A stretch of DNA of 64,000 bases from a virus: the IMG/VR virus record IMGVR_UViG_2974637116_000001. The stretch is one strand, 5' to 3'. Of this stretch, positions 9,069 through 18,572 are shown piece after piece. Position 1 is the first letter of the stretch, and every line of letters starts with the position of its first letter. The notes beneath the pieces are model-generated. The model had not been told where the DNA came from. It searched no databases and was given only the letters and a program-made list of their open reading frames with translations. Both the position numbers and the translations under genes were made by a program.

Positions 9069-12000
9069 ATGGCAAATAGAATTCAGTTAAGACGTGGCTC
9101 GGCTACGCAGTGGAGCAATTCAAATCCTACGCTGGCGCAAGGCGAATTAGGAATTGAACTCGATACAGGCCGTATCAAAATCGGTGATGGTGTTACTGCA
9201 TGGAACTCACTTAGGTATGAAAGACCTATTGAATCAGTTTCTGCTACGGCAAATACATTGGTTCAGCGTGACGCTGATGGCAATTTTGCTGCAGGTACAG
9301 TAACAGCAACTCTTATTGGTAATGCTTCAACATCAGATCGTCTTTCTTCTACTAGACAAGTTTCACTTACGGGCGACTTAACTGGTTCTAATACCTTTGA
9401 TGGTGGTGCAAACCTTCCTATCAATGCAGAACTTTCACGTATTACTACGCTACCTCATTATTCTAGTGAAAATACTGAGGCAACAGGAACTTATACTAAA
9501 GTAGTAGTTGACTCTAAAGGTAGAATTACTAATGCTTCTAATCCAACTACTATTCAAGACTATGGTTTAGATACCAGCATTGCAGGATCAGGTGCTCAAC
9601 CATATGATTTAGACCTTGCTGCAATCACCAATCTTACTGACGGTGCTGCTGGTTTCGGTCTTATTTCTAGAACATCTACTGGCAATATTACTGTTAGAGA
9701 TATTGTAACCGCATCTACTCAACGTATTGTTGTTAATAATGGCGATGGTATTAATGGTAATCCAGAAATTGACTTAGGTCTTACTACGGTTGTTCCAGAT
9801 ACATCATCATTTTCTCAGGGTTTATATAATACAGAAAGTCTTACATCTGTAAATTCTGTTGGCGCAAATGGAGAACTTCTTGGTACTGAAACTGTAAACA
9901 CAATTAAATTTACAGTAGATAAGTACGGTCGTCTTCAAAGTGCAACAAATGTGCCTATCGCTACTGCTACCGAGGGCAGTAAGTATGCTAACTATGATGC
10001 AGGCACTGCTTATTCTAGATATGCAATCATTCAGAATGCATCAAAAGTCTACCAAGCGATTGCAGACATCGGTGCTGGTGTTGGTGCTCCTACTCATTCC
10101 AGTGGTGATACTGGATCATGGCGTTACCTCGCGGCTGAGGCAACGGAACAGAAGGGACTGGCTAGTTTTGCACAGGAAGATTTCGATGTTGACAGCAACG
10201 GGCATGTCACAATCGCCGCAGTAGGTGTTGATAATACACAATTACAAAATAATAGAATTTCTTTTGCTGATGGAACTACAAAAGAAGATTTTGAACTTGA
10301 TCAAGAACTTACTGCAACCTCTGGATACAGAGGATTCAATTATCTTAACTATATTAAAGTTAATGACGTTAGCGGTAATCTACTCGTTGGCGCTAATAAT
10401 ACGGGGGACAGCGGAGCTGGCGAACTTGATGTTAATGTACGGTCGTACTTCTCTGACGCTGATATTACTCTTGACGGCGCTCTTAATCAGACACTGGATA
10501 AGACTGGGGATGGTAACCTTACCTTCCAGTTAAGTCAGAATACTGCTACAGATAGAAACTTTAACATTCTGACAACTAATGCTGGTTCTGGATCCAGCAA
10601 CATTATTATTACTGCTGAAGATACTATACAGATTAGTGCATCAGAAGCAGCTGGTAAGGTACATGTAGAGGATGCAAGATTCCAAGATAATTACATCGCC
10701 ACAACCAATGCGACGATGAATCTGGATCCTGGTGATGATCGTGCTGCTACAGGAACAGTTAGAGTCTGGGGTAACCTTCAGATTGATGGCACTACCACCA
10801 CTGTAAACTCAACAACTGTCACAGTTGATGACCCCATCATTACTCTGGGTGGAGATACTGCACCTGCAACCGATGACAATTTAGATCGTGGTATTGAGTT
10901 TAGATACTACGACACTGAAGCACGTTTAGGTTTCTATGGTTGGGATACTAATTACACCGATTTGGGTGGTCATGGTGGCGGATATCGTTTCCTTCATGCT
11001 GCTACAAATACTACTGAGGTGTTTACTGGAACCGATTCTGGTATCATTGCAGGTAACGTAAAACTTACAACTGGCACCAACTCAACTACTAATACAACTG
11101 GTGATTTGGTAGTTGCTGGTGGTGTTGGTATTACTCAGGATGTAAACATCGGCGGTTTGTTGGATGTTGATAGTACATTCAGAGCAAATAGCACATCTCG
11201 TTTCGATGATACGATGGTGCTCCGTGGTGCTTCTAAGTCACTACAATTCCAGAATGGTGCAGGCACCGTTAAGTCCGAGATTCATACTACTACAGGTAAT
11301 GCTGAGTTTGGTGGTATCTTAACAGTTACTGGTGCTACTGACCTCAATAGCACATTGAATGTTGCTAGTTCTGTCCACTTTGAAGCAACTGATGAACCCA
11401 CCTTTGCATTGAATTCTGGCACTGGTATTTGGGAAATCCAATCCAATGATTATGGTTCATTCCGATTTGATGGTGGTGGATATATTGCTGGCGACTTTAT
11501 GTTCGACAGTGACGTTGTTATTAACGGTACTATTCTACAGAAAGAATCTGCTACAGAGGTCTTCAACGAGCAAAACTTCCTGAGAGTTCGTCGTAAGTTA
11601 GAATCTGGATCCGTTCAGGTTCTAACCCCTAGTTATGCTTCACATACTACCTCAAACGCTAGAATCTTTGGTGGTGCTGGTATTGGTACTAGTCTCCACA
11701 TTGGTGGCACATCTGCCAGCGAAGGTCTGTTTATTGGTAAGAAGGAGAGTGCCGATACGGTCAAATTCTCTGTCCTAGGTGCATCTGGTAACACTGATAT
11801 TGAAGGCACTCTCAATGTTGAGGGTGAAGTTACTATTCAAGATAGTGTAATTATCAATGCTGCCAACGAAGTATTCTCTATTAGAAATGGTTCTGGTGTT
11901 GCTAAGTTTGATGTTGATACTGATAACGGCAATACCTTAATTGAAGGGACGTTAAATGTTAATGGTACTGTCGATGTTGATGCAGACTTTGCTGTCAGAA

Positions 12001-14261
12001 ACGGCACAACGGATAAATTCTTCGTTGATAATGTAACTGGCAACACCGTAATTGAAGGCACTCTGAATGGTAAGGGGGACGCTGATTTTGATAGTGATCT
12101 CAATGTTGATGGTAATACAACTCTGGTTGGCACTCTAACAGTCACTAATACCACCGAGTTTAATAACACCGTTGATGTTGATGCTAACTTTGCTGTTAGA
12201 AGTGGTAGTACGGATAAGATGACCGTCGCCTCTTCTTCAGGTAACATTGCAACTGACGGTACATTGGTTGTTCAAGGTCAAACAACTATTAATGATTCTC
12301 TGATTGTTGATGCTTCTAATGAACTCTTCTCTGTAAGAAACGGTTCTGCAGTTGCGAAGTTTGAGGTTGATACTGATAACGGCAATACAAATATCATTGG
12401 CACACTAACTGTTGGTGATGCAACTCAAATTAATGACACCCTTGGCGTCTCTAATGTTGTAACCTTCACAAGAAATACACAGCAAACTCTGACTGGTTCT
12501 TATGCTGCTGATGGTGCATTCCGTCTGACTGGTGGTGCTGCTATTGGTAAGAATCTTGCTGTTGGTGGTGCTGCAAGAATCTATGGTGGCACTGAATTAA
12601 CAGGTGCTCTAGACCTTAATAGTAGTGCAGACATTTCTGGTGCTCTGGTAACTCACGATAATGTAACTATCACTGCAAATAACAAAACATTTGCTATCCA
12701 AAATGGATCTGCTGCTAACAAACTTACAGTAGATACTGATAATGGTAACACTGATATTCGTGGCACCCTAGATATTGGTGGTGATGTAACTGCTGAGTCT
12801 AATCTTACTGTTACTGGAAACCTTACTATCAATGGAACGACCACTACTGTCAATTCTACGGTCACAACTCTCGATGACCCTATTATTACTGTGGGTGGTG
12901 ACACAGCACCAGCGTCTAACGATGGTAAGGATCGTGGTGTTGAGTTCCGTTATTACGACGGCTCTGCGAAAATTGGTTTCTTCGGATACGACAGATCCGC
13001 CAACCAATTCGCATTCGTAACAGACGCGACTAATTCATCAGAAGTTCTTTCTGGAACTGATGGTCCTCTTCGTGCTGGTAGTCTTAATCTTACTGGTGCT
13101 GGTACATCACTTGATGTTGATGCCAATGCTAACATTGATGGCACTCTGACTGTAGATGGTCAAATCATCTCTCAAGTTTCTTCTGGTCCTGCACTGGTTA
13201 TTCCTAACACGACTAAGATTAACAACCTCAATGCTGACCTTCTGGACAGCATGACAACTGCTTCTGCAGCAACTGCAACTACTGTTGTTGCTCGTGACTC
13301 TAGTGGAGACTTTGCTGCAAATATCGTTACGGTTGCTTCTGGTGAAGGTGCTGCTGCGGGTATTCAAGGTAATTCTCTTACTGCAGATACACTTAAAAGG
13401 TCAAGGATAATCACTCTCGATGGTGTTGTTGACGGTAGTGTATCCTTTAACGGATCTGCTGATGTTACTATTAGCACTACTTACAATGATGCAGACATTA
13501 CTGCACTCGCCGCTATGGCAGGCACTGGTCTAGTAGCAAGGACTGCTGCCAATACTTACGCACAACGCTCTGTAACCGCCACAGCGTCCTCTGGTATCAC
13601 TGTTACCAATGCTGATGGTGTATCGGGCAATATCACCATTAACGTCGCTTCTGCAAGCACTAACGCAGCAAATAACCTTGTCCTTCGTGATGCTTCTGGT
13701 GATTTTGCTGCCAATGAAATTACTGCTGATTTGATTGGTGGTGTAACGGGTAACGTAACTGGTAACTTGACTGGTAACGTTACTGGTAATTCATCTACAG
13801 TCAGCACCTCAAGTTCTGGTTCTGCTACTGAAGTCTTTGTTGGAACAGTATTCAATCAGTCTGGTACTAATAGCATTACTACCAATCCTGGATTTAAGTA
13901 TGACAGAGCAACCGCTAAAATTCTTGGCAATCTCCAAGGTAATGTCACTGGCAATCTGACTGGTAGTGCATCTCAGGTTGATACCGTCACTGCATCCAGT
14001 GCCAATGCCGCTTATCATCTGACGATGGTTGACCAACATAATACTGTTGCGAATAACGAAACCATTAATACAGACCAAAGTCTGACTTATAATCCATCTA
14101 CTAATCGCCTAAAGACTAAACTTGAATTACAGACAGATGCTGCACCCGCCAGTGCAACAGCAACTGGTACTGTAGGCGAAATTCGTTATGACACCAACTA
14201 TATTTACATCTGTGTTGCTACTGACACCTGGAAGAGAGCAGCAATTTCTACCTGGAGTTAA
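9069..14261 (+). CDS. Long fibre protein (tail or collar fibre) with an Mtd-N-like N-terminus (1730 aa)
   Basis: N-terminus 'MANRIQLRRG..W...NPTLAQGELGIELDTGRIKIGDG', many beta-repeats, and C-terminus 'GEIRYDTNYIYICVATDTWKR'. Sits just before gp13, where T4 has wac. Confidence 0.75.
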   Translation: MANRIQLRRGSATQWSNSNPTLAQGELGIELDTGRIKIGDGVTAWNSLRYERPIESVSATANTLVQRDADGNFAAGTVTATLIGNASTSDRLSSTRQVSLTGDLTGSNTFDGGANLPINAELSRITTLPHYSSENTEATGTYTKVVVDSKGRITNASNPTTIQDYGLDTSIAGSGAQPYDLDLAAITNLTDGAAGFGLISRTSTGNITVRDIVTASTQRIVVNNGDGINGNPEIDLGLTTVVPDTSSFSQGLYNTESLTSVNSVGANGELLGTETVNTIKFTVDKYGRLQSATNVPIATATEGSKYANYDAGTAYSRYAIIQNASKVYQAIADIGAGVGAPTHSSGDTGSWRYLAAEATEQKGLASFAQEDFDVDSNGHVTIAAVGVDNTQLQNNRISFADGTTKEDFELDQELTATSGYRGFNYLNYIKVNDVSGNLLVGANNTGDSGAGELDVNVRSYFSDADITLDGALNQTLDKTGDGNLTFQLSQNTATDRNFNILTTNAGSGSSNIIITAEDTIQISASEAAGKVHVEDARFQDNYIATTNATMNLDPGDDRAATGTVRVWGNLQIDGTTTTVNSTTVTVDDPIITLGGDTAPATDDNLDRGIEFRYYDTEARLGFYGWDTNYTDLGGHGGGYRFLHAATNTTEVFTGTDSGIIAGNVKLTTGTNSTTNTTGDLVVAGGVGITQDVNIGGLLDVDSTFRANSTSRFDDTMVLRGASKSLQFQNGAGTVKSEIHTTTGNAEFGGILTVTGATDLNSTLNVASSVHFEATDEPTFALNSGTGIWEIQSNDYGSFRFDGGGYIAGDFMFDSDVVINGTILQKESATEVFNEQNFLRVRRKLESGSVQVLTPSYASHTTSNARIFGGAGIGTSLHIGGTSASEGLFIGKKESADTVKFSVLGASGNTDIEGTLNVEGEVTIQDSVIINAANEVFSIRNGSGVAKFDVDTDNGNTLIEGTLNVNGTVDVDADFAVRNGTTDKFFVDNVTGNTVIEGTLNGKGDADFDSDLNVDGNTTLVGTLTVTNTTEFNNTVDVDANFAVRSGSTDKMTVASSSGNIATDGTLVVQGQTTINDSLIVDASNELFSVRNGSAVAKFEVDTDNGNTNIIGTLTVGDATQINDTLGVSNVVTFTRNTQQTLTGSYAADGAFRLTGGAAIGKNLAVGGAARIYGGTELTGALDLNSSADISGALVTHDNVTITANNKTFAIQNGSAANKLTVDTDNGNTDIRGTLDIGGDVTAESNLTVTGNLTINGTTTTVNSTVTTLDDPIITVGGDTAPASNDGKDRGVEFRYYDGSAKIGFFGYDRSANQFAFVTDATNSSEVLSGTDGPLRAGSLNLTGAGTSLDVDANANIDGTLTVDGQIISQVSSGPALVIPNTTKINNLNADLLDSMTTASAATATTVVARDSSGDFAANIVTVASGEGAAAGIQGNSLTADTLKRSRIITLDGVVDGSVSFNGSADVTISTTYNDADITALAAMAGTGLVARTAANTYAQRSVTATASSGITVTNADGVSGNITINVASASTNAANNLVLRDASGDFAANEITADLIGGVTGNVTGNLTGNVTGNSSTVSTSSSGSATEVFVGTVFNQSGTNSITTNPGFKYDRATAKILGNLQGNVTGNLTGSASQVDTVTASSANAAYHLTMVDQHNTVANNETINTDQSLTYNPSTNRLKTKLELQTDAAPASATATGTVGEIRYDTNYIYICVATDTWKRAAISTWS

Positions 14262-14265
14262 TTAA

Positions 14266-15072
14266 ATGTCCGCTACAAGACCCGCTACTAAAACAGAACT
14301 AAAAAACTATGCTCTTCGTAGATTAGGTTTTCCTGCCATCGATATTAACGTATGTGATGAGCAATTGGATGACCTGATTGAAGAAGCAGTAGATTACTTT
14401 CAAGAGTATGCATATAACGGTAGTTATAAAGCATTCATCAAGATTGAAGTAACTGATGCTATTAAAACTGCTGCTAAAACTGGTAGTGCTCTAGGTTCTA
14501 CTGATTGGACAGAAGGAAATGAATATGTATCTCTTCCTCCTGGTGTCTTATCAGTAAATCACGTCTATAGTCAGATCGGTGCTTCTAGTGTTACTCCTGG
14601 TAATATTTTTAATATTAAGTATCAAATTTTCTTGAATGACATCTATGCAATGACGCATGGACAAATTCTTCATTACTTTATGACCTCTCAGTATCTTGAG
14701 ACTCTTGATTTTATTACTAACTCTGATAGAAACCGTAGAGTCAGATTCAATGAATATCAGGGAAGACTTTATCTAGATTTTGATTGGGCAAATTTGCAAG
14801 CAGGCAATCAAATTGTGGTAGAAGTTTTGATGCGTCAAGACCCTGATACTTACACTGCAATGTATAACGATTCCTGGTTGAAGGATTATGTAGAAGCATT
14901 ATTCCAACAGCAATGGGGTCGTAACCTCAGTAAGTATGATGGAATTCAAATGCTTGGTGGTGTGACTCTGAATGGTCGCCAGATTCTTGAGGATGGCAGT
15001 CAGTTCAAGAAAGACCTAGAAGATACTATTCGTAGCACATACGAACTCCCTCCAATGGATTTAATCGGTTGA
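14266..15072 (+). CDS. gp13: Neck protein gp13
   Basis: 'LKNYALRRLGFPAIDINVCDEQLDDLIEEA' and 'QWGRNLSKYDGIQMLGGVTLNG'. Confidence 0.92.
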   Translation: MSATRPATKTELKNYALRRLGFPAIDINVCDEQLDDLIEEAVDYFQEYAYNGSYKAFIKIEVTDAIKTAAKTGSALGSTDWTEGNEYVSLPPGVLSVNHVYSQIGASSVTPGNIFNIKYQIFLNDIYAMTHGQILHYFMTSQYLETLDFITNSDRNRRVRFNEYQGRLYLDFDWANLQAGNQIVVEVLMRQDPDTYTAMYNDSWLKDYVEALFQQQWGRNLSKYDGIQMLGGVTLNGRQILEDGSQFKKDLEDTIRSTYELPPMDLIG

Positions 15073-15073
15073 T

Positions 15074-16246
15074 ATGACTTACAGAAACGATCCCCCAGAA
15101 AATTGTATTCAGTCGGACTATACTAGTAGTTGCCGACTAAATCTAAACGGTTCTTCCCAAGAACAAATGTTCATGGGCAATCTGATCATTGAGAGTATTG
15201 AACTCTATGGTCAGGATATCTATTATCTGCCTAGAACGTATGTCAATAAAGACACAATTTTTCAAGAAGTAGAAAGTAGTAATTTCACACAAGCACTTGC
15301 TATCAGGGCATATGTTAATAATGTAGATGGGTGGGAAGGTCAAGGAGAACTTCTAAGTAAGTTTGGTGTTCGTATTGAAGATAAGACAACCTTTATCTTT
15401 TCTAGAACTAAATTTACTGAGAAGGTAGATGACAATGCAGTATTAAATGTGGAAGGTCGTCCTAATGAGGGTGACCTTATTTGGTTTCCAACAACAAAAC
15501 ATTTGTTTGAGATTAAGTTTGTAGAAGCAGAAAGACCTTTTTATCAGTTGGGTAAGGGTTATGTCTGGGAATGTCAGTGCGAACTCTTTGAGTACAGTGA
15601 TGAGCAACTTGATACTGGTGTCGCAGCAATTGATGCTATCGAAACTGCCTTTGCCAATTCCATTAAGTTGGTTATGGATGCTGGCGGTTCAGGAGACTTC
15701 ACAGTTGGTGAAGAAATTGTAGGTGATCTATATCTTGCTGCAGCAACAGCAGCAATCACTGGGGACGCAGTAAGTTCCTTTACAATCACTGATGGTGGTG
15801 AGCACTATAAATCAGCATTGCCACCTACCGTTACTATCACAGGAGGTGGTGGAAGTGGAGCAACAGGCACGGCTGTTGTATCGGCTACAGGTATTGTTAC
15901 TGGCATTACTGTCACAGCTGGTGGTACTGGTTATACTAGTGCCCCATCTGTTGCGATTGACTACTCACCAAAAGACTCTAGAGCAGAAGTCAAGTCCTGG
16001 AATAGTTCTTCAAGAGAACTCCAAGTCATTAATAGAACAGGAACCTTCAATACTTCAGAAACTATTAAGGGATTGACATCGGGTGCTCTCTGGAGTCCTG
16101 AATCCTATAACACTCTAAATAATACTAATACCGCCGATAGCATTGACCAGAACTATAGTTTTGAAACTGCTGATGACGATATTATAGATTTCACTGAGGG
16201 GAATCCCTTCGGTACTATTGGGTCCATTACTGATACTACAATCTGA
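15074..16246 (+). CDS. gp14: Neck protein gp14 with an internal G/T-rich insert
   Basis: 'LIIESIELYGQDIYYLPR', 'RPNEGDLIWFP', 'FYQLGK', 'DFTEGNPFG'. Confidence 0.9.
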   Translation: MTYRNDPPENCIQSDYTSSCRLNLNGSSQEQMFMGNLIIESIELYGQDIYYLPRTYVNKDTIFQEVESSNFTQALAIRAYVNNVDGWEGQGELLSKFGVRIEDKTTFIFSRTKFTEKVDDNAVLNVEGRPNEGDLIWFPTTKHLFEIKFVEAERPFYQLGKGYVWECQCELFEYSDEQLDTGVAAIDAIETAFANSIKLVMDAGGSGDFTVGEEIVGDLYLAAATAAITGDAVSSFTITDGGEHYKSALPPTVTITGGGGSGATGTAVVSATGIVTGITVTAGGTGYTSAPSVAIDYSPKDSRAEVKSWNSSSRELQVINRTGTFNTSETIKGLTSGALWSPESYNTLNNTNTADSIDQNYSFETADDDIIDFTEGNPFGTIGSITDTTI

Positions 16247-17031
16247 TGTTAGGCACATATTCATATCACGAGATTTTTAGAAAAACTATTGTAGCGTTTG
16301 GAACGCTCTTCAATAATATCGAACTTCGTCGTTCGACTGAAGTGATGAAAGTGCCTCTGGCATATGGTCCAAAACAAAAGTTTTTAGCACGTCTCGATCA
16401 AAATCCTGACCCTACAAACAAAAGAACTCAGATTACTCTTCCTAGAATCTCTTTTGAGATTAATGGTATCACTTACGATTCTTCTAGAAAGGTATCACCA
16501 ACTCAAAAAATTAAATTCCCTAAGGATACAGATGAAAATAAGAACGTGTATATGCCCGTTCCTTATAATCTATCATTTGAGTTAGCAATTATTTCTAAAA
16601 ATCAAGAAGATGGACTACAAATTTTAGAACAGATTCTTCCATATTTTCAACCTCATTTTAATCTGGCAGTTAAACTGCTTCCTAGTGTTGATGAAACTAA
16701 GGATGTTCCTGTTATTTTGACTAGTGTTGATTATGAAGATGACTATGAGGGAGATTTTGCTACTCGCAGATCAATCACTTACACTCTTCAATTTACTTGT
16801 AAGACATACCTCTATGGTCCTGTTACCGATGCGAAGACCATCAAAAAGGTCATCACAGATATGTACACAGATACCAATACTTCTACTGCACCCAGAGAAG
16901 TACGTTATACTATTCAACCAGATCCTATCTCAGCAGATGCTGATGATGACTTTGGATTTGGTATTGTTGATGAAGACTTTACAGATAACAAGAAACGTAA
17001 TCCCACCAGCGGAGCAGACGAAAATATCTAA
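16246..17031 (+). CDS. gp15: Tail sheath stabilizer / tail terminator gp15
   Basis: 'YHEIFRKTIVAFGTLFNNI', 'VPLAYGPKQKFLARL', 'LPRISFE', 'QILEQILPYFQP'. Confidence 0.92.
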   Translation: MLGTYSYHEIFRKTIVAFGTLFNNIELRRSTEVMKVPLAYGPKQKFLARLDQNPDPTNKRTQITLPRISFEINGITYDSSRKVSPTQKIKFPKDTDENKNVYMPVPYNLSFELAIISKNQEDGLQILEQILPYFQPHFNLAVKLLPSVDETKDVPVILTSVDYEDDYEGDFATRRSITYTLQFTCKTYLYGPVTDAKTIKKVITDMYTDTNTSTAPREVRYTIQPDPISADADDDFGFGIVDEDFTDNKKRNPTSGADENI

Positions 17032-17040
17032 TTTTTAATT

Positions 17041-17616
17041 ATGTTTACTGAAAGAATTTTTAGTATTGGTATTAGCAAGTTTAAACTTAATGGACTTGAT
17101 AATGAAACTCTGTGTGAACAGATAAGATATTTCTCGTCAAATCCAAATGATCGGATTCATGGGCAGAGAGATATGAATGTAAATAATCCACATCTAACAT
17201 CATTGACGGATGTGGTATTAAAGGAGTCTCAAAAAATTACAGATTCTATACTTGCAAATTCAAAAGCAAGTGTTAGATGTTCCGTGACAAGAGTATGGGG
17301 GAATCATAATTTAAATTGTGATATTTGCATTCCTCATGTTCATAGAGATAGTTTTTTATCTGCGGTTTACTATCCCAAAGCATCAGAAGATTCTAGATTA
17401 CATTTCCAATCACCATTTACAGATGCTTTACTATCTAAAATTCCAATTTTAGCATCAGAGGTATATGATGAATTCAATAGTTCATATCATCAAATACATG
17501 CTGAAACTGACATGTTAGTAATTTTTCCTGCAAATTTATTACACTTCGTTCCTCCCACTAGGGGCGAAAGATATTCTATCGTTTATGATATAGGAGTTAA
17601 AGATGAATCCATTTGA
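17041..17616 (+). CDS. 2OG-Fe(II) oxygenase family protein (TIGR02466-like)
   Basis: 'PHVHRDSFLSAVYYP' and 'LVIFPANLLHFVPP....RYSIVY' supply the HxD...H...R motif. Confidence 0.8.
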   Translation: MFTERIFSIGISKFKLNGLDNETLCEQIRYFSSNPNDRIHGQRDMNVNNPHLTSLTDVVLKESQKITDSILANSKASVRCSVTRVWGNHNLNCDICIPHVHRDSFLSAVYYPKASEDSRLHFQSPFTDALLSKIPILASEVYDEFNSSYHQIHAETDMLVIFPANLLHFVPPTRGERYSIVYDIGVKDESI

Positions 17617-18028
17617 AGGTCTGGACAATGCTTTTGGCACAGAACCAGCAGAGATACAGAAGCATGAAAATATAAAACCTGAGTTGAAAAAAAGTGATAC
17701 TGAGGATGTTAAGCAGGATTATGAAACAACTCGTGCTCAGTTACATAATCTAGTAATGAAAGGTCAGGAGGCAGTAGATGGAATACTTGATGTGGCACGA
17801 GCGTCAGATCATCCTCGTGCTTATGAAGTTGCAGGTCAACTTATTAAAAACGTTGGAGATGTAGCAGATAAATTGATTGATTTACAAAAGAAGATGAAGG
17901 AGTTAGATGCAGACGATAAGAAGTCGAGCCCGTCTACTGTTAATAACACGATGTTTATTGGCAGTACTGCGGACTTACAAAAGATGTTAAAGAAGCAAAA
18001 GGAGATAAATAATACTGACACGAACTAA
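17603..18028 (+). CDS. gp16: Terminase small subunit gp16
   Basis: 'DYETTRAQL', 'SDHPRAYEVAGQLIK', 'FIGSTADLQKML'. Confidence 0.9.
   Translation: MNPFEGLDNAFGTEPAEIQKHENIKPELKKSDTEDVKQDYETTRAQLHNLVMKGQEAVDGILDVARASDHPRAYEVAGQLIKNVGDVADKLIDLQKKMKELDADDKKSSPSTVNNTMFIGSTADLQKMLKKQKEINNTDTN
18005..18011 (+). promoter_or_regulatory. Late promoter
   Basis: ATAAATA about 24 nt upstream of the ATG at 18035. Confidence 0.65.
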
Positions 18029-18034
18029 CACGAC

Positions 18035-18571
18035 ATGACAGTATTAAATGTTTTAAGCACAAATGCAATTGCTGCTGCTGCTACCGAATATCAAGTTGTA
18101 CAGACTGGATACTATCGCGTAGTCGCAACTGCAGGTGACGCAACAGTTTCATTCAATGGCGGTCCTGCAATCACCCTTATTCAAGACCAAGCACTTCTAC
18201 TCAAAGGTGGCAAACCTGGTCAAGCAAGAATTGTAAAAGGCGTCGATGATTCGACTGCAGATTATCAACTCGGAACTAATCTTGGTGAGTTGTCAAACAC
18301 TCATCCATTCTCAGTAGATGACTTCATTGCTGTAGAGGATGCTAGCACATCTCCTGCAATCAATGCTGCTTTCTTGTCAGCAGGAACAGCAGGTAAGAAA
18401 GTTACTGCTGCAACAGGAAATACAATCAGCACTGATATTGATTCTTCTGCTGCATCTGCCGATTACACCTATGCTTACAGCGGACCTCAGGCAGTTGTTA
18501 AGCGTTGCGTAAGTATTGCTGCAACTGGCAATGCAATTGTTGTTGAAGAAGTACAAGTTGTAGGCGGTTGA
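18035..18571 (+). CDS. Hypothetical, probably virion-associated, beta-rich protein (178 aa)
   Basis: ORF with a late promoter; Ala/Thr/Val-rich. Confidence 0.65.
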   Translation: MTVLNVLSTNAIAAAATEYQVVQTGYYRVVATAGDATVSFNGGPAITLIQDQALLLKGGKPGQARIVKGVDDSTADYQLGTNLGELSNTHPFSVDDFIAVEDASTSPAINAAFLSAGTAGKKVTAATGNTISTDIDSSAASADYTYAYSGPQAVVKRCVSIAATGNAIVVEEVQVVGG

Positions 18572-18572
18572 T

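Noticed and set aside
9069-9250. Mtd-N-like N-terminus suggesting a diversity-generating retroelement target
   Set aside because: No reverse transcriptase, Avd or TR/VR repeat pair differing at adenines in the window. This N-terminal module is common in phage fibres.
13741-13970. 12-nt tandem repeats (ggtaacgtaact-like) as a CRISPR or VNTR
   Set aside because: Degenerate in-frame coding repeats (GNVTG/GNLTG) with no spacer structure and no cas genes.
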